Source: Cereibacter sphaeroides 2.4.1
GTDB lineage: Bacteria; Pseudomonadota; Alphaproteobacteria; Rhodobacterales; Rhodobacteraceae
Length of the DNA stretch: 32,000 bases
Direction: 5' to 3'
Assembly (NCBI RefSeq): GCF_000012905.2
Contig: NC_007493.2
Span: forward strand, 1,500,001 to 1,532,000
Shown here: piece by piece, positions 29,422-32,000 of the stretch
Layout: every line of letters begins with the position of its first letter
Position numbering within the stretch: the first letter of the stretch is position 1
Notes under the pieces: generated by a model
The model's input: the letters and a program-made list of their open reading frames with translations, nothing else
Databases searched by the model: none
Told to the model about the DNA's origin: nothing
Program-made: the position numbers and the translations under genes

Positions 29422-31089
29422 TCAGTGGCAGGGATTGATGGTGAAACCGGCGCGGTATTCCGCCAGGTGCTTCTCGCGCGCCTCGGGGCTCATCTCGCGC
29501 AGGAGCGTGAGCGGCGAGAGCAGCGTGTGGCCGCGCACGTCGTCGAGCGTCCACATGTCCTTGTCGTCGAAGCGCAGGTGCGGCTGCGGGGTCAGCGTCC
29601 TGCCGTCATCGCGGACGAAGTTCAGGTCCTTGATGGCGTCGGCCAGATCCCAGCCGTGATAGAGCGTCTCCCATTCGCGCTTGCCCGAGAAGCGGCCCAT
29701 CGCCGGGGTCGGCCGGCCCTGATACTCGTCCGAGAAGGCCTCGACGGCCGTCCAGCGGTCGAGCTCGTGGGCGAAGGTGTGGAGCTGTCCGTCGATCTCG
29801 TCCACCACCATGTCCTCGCGGATGAGGCAGGGCACGAGGCAGGACCAGCAGCGGTGCGGATAGACGTAGCCCACTTCCTCGTTGAAGGTGATGACCTTCT
29901 GTCCGGGCTTCGAGAGCTTGGCATACCAGCGCCAGAACTCGCCGAACTCGGCATACCAGCCAGGATATTTCTGCTCGAACCACTCGAAGTCGCGGTCGGT
30001 CTGGGCCTCGATCCGCCAGAAGTTCACCGGCCAGCCCACCGCGAAGAACTGCGCGACCTTGTGGACATAGTGCTTCTTCGTGATCCGGTTCCAGGCTTCC
30101 TGCACGTCGTCGTGGTGGACCTTGATCCCGTATTTCTCGAGCGGGAGCATGTAGGTGCGGTAGTAGTCCTCGAAGATCCAGCGGTGCCACATCTCCGCGT
30201 AGGATTCCTTGTCCTTGTCGCGGTTGGTGGTGCCGTATTCGATGAAGGTGCCGATGGCCGCATCGACGATGGCGTGGTTCTGCCAGAAGGCATAGCGCAG
30301 GTCGCGCTCGAGCAGCAGGTGGTTCTCCGGCTCCTTCAGCGCGGCCATCAGGAGCGAGTGGCCGTTGCCGATGTGCCGGCTCTCGTCCGACTGGACCGAC
30401 AGGAAGACGGTGGGCAGCGCATAGTCGCCATTGCGCGCCGCTTCCGACGGCATGGCCACGAAGAGCGTATTGGTGAAGGCGGTCTCGGCCACCACCGTCA
30501 GATACATGCAGGCGGCCGTCATCGTGTCGCCGGTGATGAAGCCCTCGCCGAACTGCCGGCCGATGGTGGTCGCGTAGCACTTGCCGAAGGCTTCTTCGGT
30601 GATGTCGAACCCGGCCGGGTCGATGTAATTCTCCATGTACCACTTCTTCAGGTTCATCTGGATCGTGGAATGGCGGAATTCATCGACCATCTGCATGGTG
30701 AAGCCGGTGCGCAGATCCTCGCCGGGGGCAAGGCGGGCCACCATGGCCATCGAGCGCGCGGCCGAAATCTCCGGGAACGGGATGATCGCCAGGAACAGCT
30801 TCATCCATTCGACCCAGCGCGGCTCGACATTGCGGAACATGTCGCCGCGCAGCGCCGCATCGAGGGCGCCATAGACGCGGTTGTCCTTCTCCTCCTGCAT
30901 GGGGAAGTAGGACCGCAGCACCTGTTTCATCGGGTCGCGCGGCGCCTTCGAGATCTTGTAGTCGGTCGGGAAGGTCGCCGCCTCCTGAACGTAGGTGGGG
31001 TTCCACCCGAGGTCGGAGATCTTCTTGGTCGCCTCGCCCACGGAGATTCCGCGCTGCGAGGTGATCTTGTTCAAGGTGAGGGACGTCAT
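29422..31089 (-). CDS. Soluble di-iron monooxygenase hydroxylase alpha (large) subunit, PrmA/MimA-like, 555 aa
   Basis: Both carboxylate-bridged di-iron motifs are present: E...DEFRH (FPEISAARS...MQMVDEFRHS) and E...DESRH (VVAETAF...VQSDESRHIGNG). ATG 31089 was preferred over the track ATG 31104 because GGAGG lies 8 nt upstream of 31089. Confidence 0.93.
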   Translation of the reverse strand: MTSLTLNKITSQRGISVGEATKKISDLGWNPTYVQEAATFPTDYKISKAPRDPMKQVLRSYFPMQEEKDNRVYGALDAALRGDMFRNVEPRWVEWMKLFLAIIPFPEISAARSMAMVARLAPGEDLRTGFTMQMVDEFRHSTIQMNLKKWYMENYIDPAGFDITEEAFGKCYATTIGRQFGEGFITGDTMTAACMYLTVVAETAFTNTLFVAMPSEAARNGDYALPTVFLSVQSDESRHIGNGHSLLMAALKEPENHLLLERDLRYAFWQNHAIVDAAIGTFIEYGTTNRDKDKESYAEMWHRWIFEDYYRTYMLPLEKYGIKVHHDDVQEAWNRITKKHYVHKVAQFFAVGWPVNFWRIEAQTDRDFEWFEQKYPGWYAEFGEFWRWYAKLSKPGQKVITFNEEVGYVYPHRCWSCLVPCLIREDMVVDEIDGQLHTFAHELDRWTAVEAFSDEYQGRPTPAMGRFSGKREWETLYHGWDLADAIKDLNFVRDDGRTLTPQPHLRFDDKDMWTLDDVRGHTLLSPLTLLREMSPEAREKHLAEYRAGFTINPCH

Positions 31090-31278
31090 GCCATGAGCCT
31101 CCATCTATGGCGTGGGAGCCTGCTCCCACGGAATGCGGCCGGGGGCCGCCCTGGGTCTGCGGATCACGGCAAAGGTTCAGGTCACTGCCCCGCGGCGCAC
31201 CGTGCCGCCGGGCCTCCTCCCTTCGTTCTTGCGCCTTTGGGCCCTGAGGGCCGTTCGGACTTGTTGTGATCCTCCTGC

Positions 31279-31294
31279 CGCACAGCCGGTGCCA
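31279..31294 (-). promoter_or_regulatory. Sigma-54 (-24/-12) promoter of the monooxygenase operon
   Basis: Minus strand reads TGGCACCGGCTGTGCG, against the consensus TGGCAC-N5-TTGCW. The -24 element is perfect, the GG-N10-GC spacing is correct, and the -12 is GTGC. It lies about 190 nt upstream of the alpha-subunit ATG. A sigma-54 activator is encoded in the same block. Confidence 0.6.
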
Positions 31295-31426
31295 CCGGCG
31301 GCAAAAGGCCGCGATGAAATGGCTTTTCAAGCGTCAACATTCTGAGACTGAAGGAAATATTTTTTCTGCGGCATGCGCCACAGGCGTGCCCGGCGCATCC
31401 CCATCCGTCGTGGCTCGCGGTCAAGG

Positions 31427-31448
31427 CCCGTTACAGCTGTAATGGGCA
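31427..31448. promoter_or_regulatory. Upstream palindrome 1, GCCCGTTACAGCTGTAATGGGC (candidate enhancer/UAS)
   Basis: 22-bp palindrome with one mismatch, core TTACAGCTGTAA at 31431-31442, about 140 bp upstream of the -24 element. An extra half-site TTACAGC lies at 31462-31468. Confidence 0.5.
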
Positions 31449-31471
31449 CTGTCACGGCCCTTTACAGCGCC

Positions 31472-31533
31472 GGGTGCCGCGGCATGATTCGCCGCCGTTT
31501 CAATCGTTTCCGCGCCGCGGCGCACCCTTTTGC
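31472..31533 (+). terminator. Intrinsic-terminator-like hairpin plus T-tract on the plus strand inside the control region
   Basis: GGGTGCCGCGGC (31472-31483) pairs with GCCGCGG(C)GCACCC (31514-31527), a 12-bp GC-rich stem with one bulge and a 30-nt loop. It is followed immediately by TTTTGC. No annotated plus-strand gene ends here. Confidence 0.4.
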
Positions 31534-31554
31534 AGGTGCGAAGGTAGCAGGACG

Positions 31555-31567
31555 ATACAGCTGTAAC
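31555..31567. promoter_or_regulatory. Upstream palindrome 2, ATACAGCTGTAAC (second copy of the same motif)
   Basis: It shares the 14-nt string CCGTTACAGCTGTA with palindrome 1, in inverted orientation. The two centres are about 124 bp apart. TACAGCTGTA occurs nowhere else in the window by eye. Confidence 0.5.
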
Positions 31568-31709
31568 GGTGCGCCGTAACATCCTGCGACAGTGCTCCGC
31601 GCCCGGGCCGAAAAAAGTCACCCCGCATATCCATAAAAGGCCATCGGAGCCGATCCGCCCGGCGCGGACCCTGCTAGGCTGAGGGCAGCGGACAGTGCGG
31701 AGACAGCGC

Positions 31710-32000
31710 ATGCCAGCCAGTCAGGTTCCCTCCTTCCCGCCCGAAGCCGCCTCGCGGCGCATCGCCAATGAACTCGTGGCGCGCGCGCCGCAGGACCTGA
31801 TTTTCACCATGCGTTTTCTGGGCGAGAGTCAGGATCTGCTTCAGTCGCATTTCCGCGCCTTCCTGACCCGGAGCCTCGCCCATGCCGGCGCCACCCCCGA
31901 GGAGCATCCGCTGCTGCCCTTCTTCGTCGACAGCCATGCGGCCGAGATGCGCGACTTCGTCTTTACCGGCGCGGCCCTCGCCCGCCCGTTTCACCTGCAG
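31710..32000 (+). CDS. Partial ORF (N-terminal 97 aa; continues beyond the window), divergent from the monooxygenase operon; function not assignable, possibly a regulator by position
   Basis: Not in the track because there is no stop in the window. ATG 31710 is preceded by GGAGA (31699-31703), with an in-frame TGA at 31680. Translation: MPASQVPSFPPEAASRRIANELVARAPQDLIFTMRFLGESQDLLQSHFRAFLTRSLAHAGATPEEHPLLPFFVDSHAAEMRDFVFTGAALARPFHLQ. The opposite-strand ORF 31674..31994 is less protein-like. Confidence 0.5.
   Translation, partial: MPASQVPSFPPEAASRRIANELVARAPQDLIFTMRFLGESQDLLQSHFRAFLTRSLAHAGATPEEHPLLPFFVDSHAAEMRDFVFTGAALARPFHLQ

Overview
High-GC (roughly 68-70% by eye) alphaproteobacterial chromosome segment, Rhodobacterales-like in gene content; the taxon cannot be verified without a search. 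Nearly all real genes are on the minus strand, and many long opposite-strand ORFs in the track are high-GC mirror artefacts. Positions 1-18960 are mostly core or housekeeping. They hold a divergent pair of conserved hypotheticals, an orphan non-pyrrolysine MttB-family methyltransferase, a four-gene Mla/MCE-type ABC transporter and a PepSY/cytochrome-b pair. They also hold tRNA-Val(CAC), lon, an Old-Yellow-Enzyme reductase, tgt, and a TetR-controlled RND efflux pair. Positions 18960-32000 look like an accessory catabolic block. It starts with a frameshifted ParA/Soj relic and an AT-rich promoter, then an unknown 157-aa ORF co-oriented with a GAF/AAA+ sigma-54 enhancer-binding protein. An eight-gene minus-strand operon follows, encoding a PrmABCD/MimABCD-type soluble di-iron monooxygenase (alpha, reductase, beta, coupling protein). 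Its downstream genes are an amidohydrolase, a DUF59-like fusion protein, a GroES-less GroEL paralogue and a Zn alcohol dehydrogenase. The 605-bp control region upstream of this operon carries a good -24/-12 sigma-54 promoter, two copies of a CCGTTACAGCTGTA palindrome, an AT-rich tract and an unexplained plus-strand intrinsic terminator. The most interesting items are the monooxygenase operon with its largely uncharacterised three-gene accessory module, and this control region. I found no CRISPR array, intact mobile element or recognisable defence system. All family assignments come from reading motifs in the translations, not from database searches.
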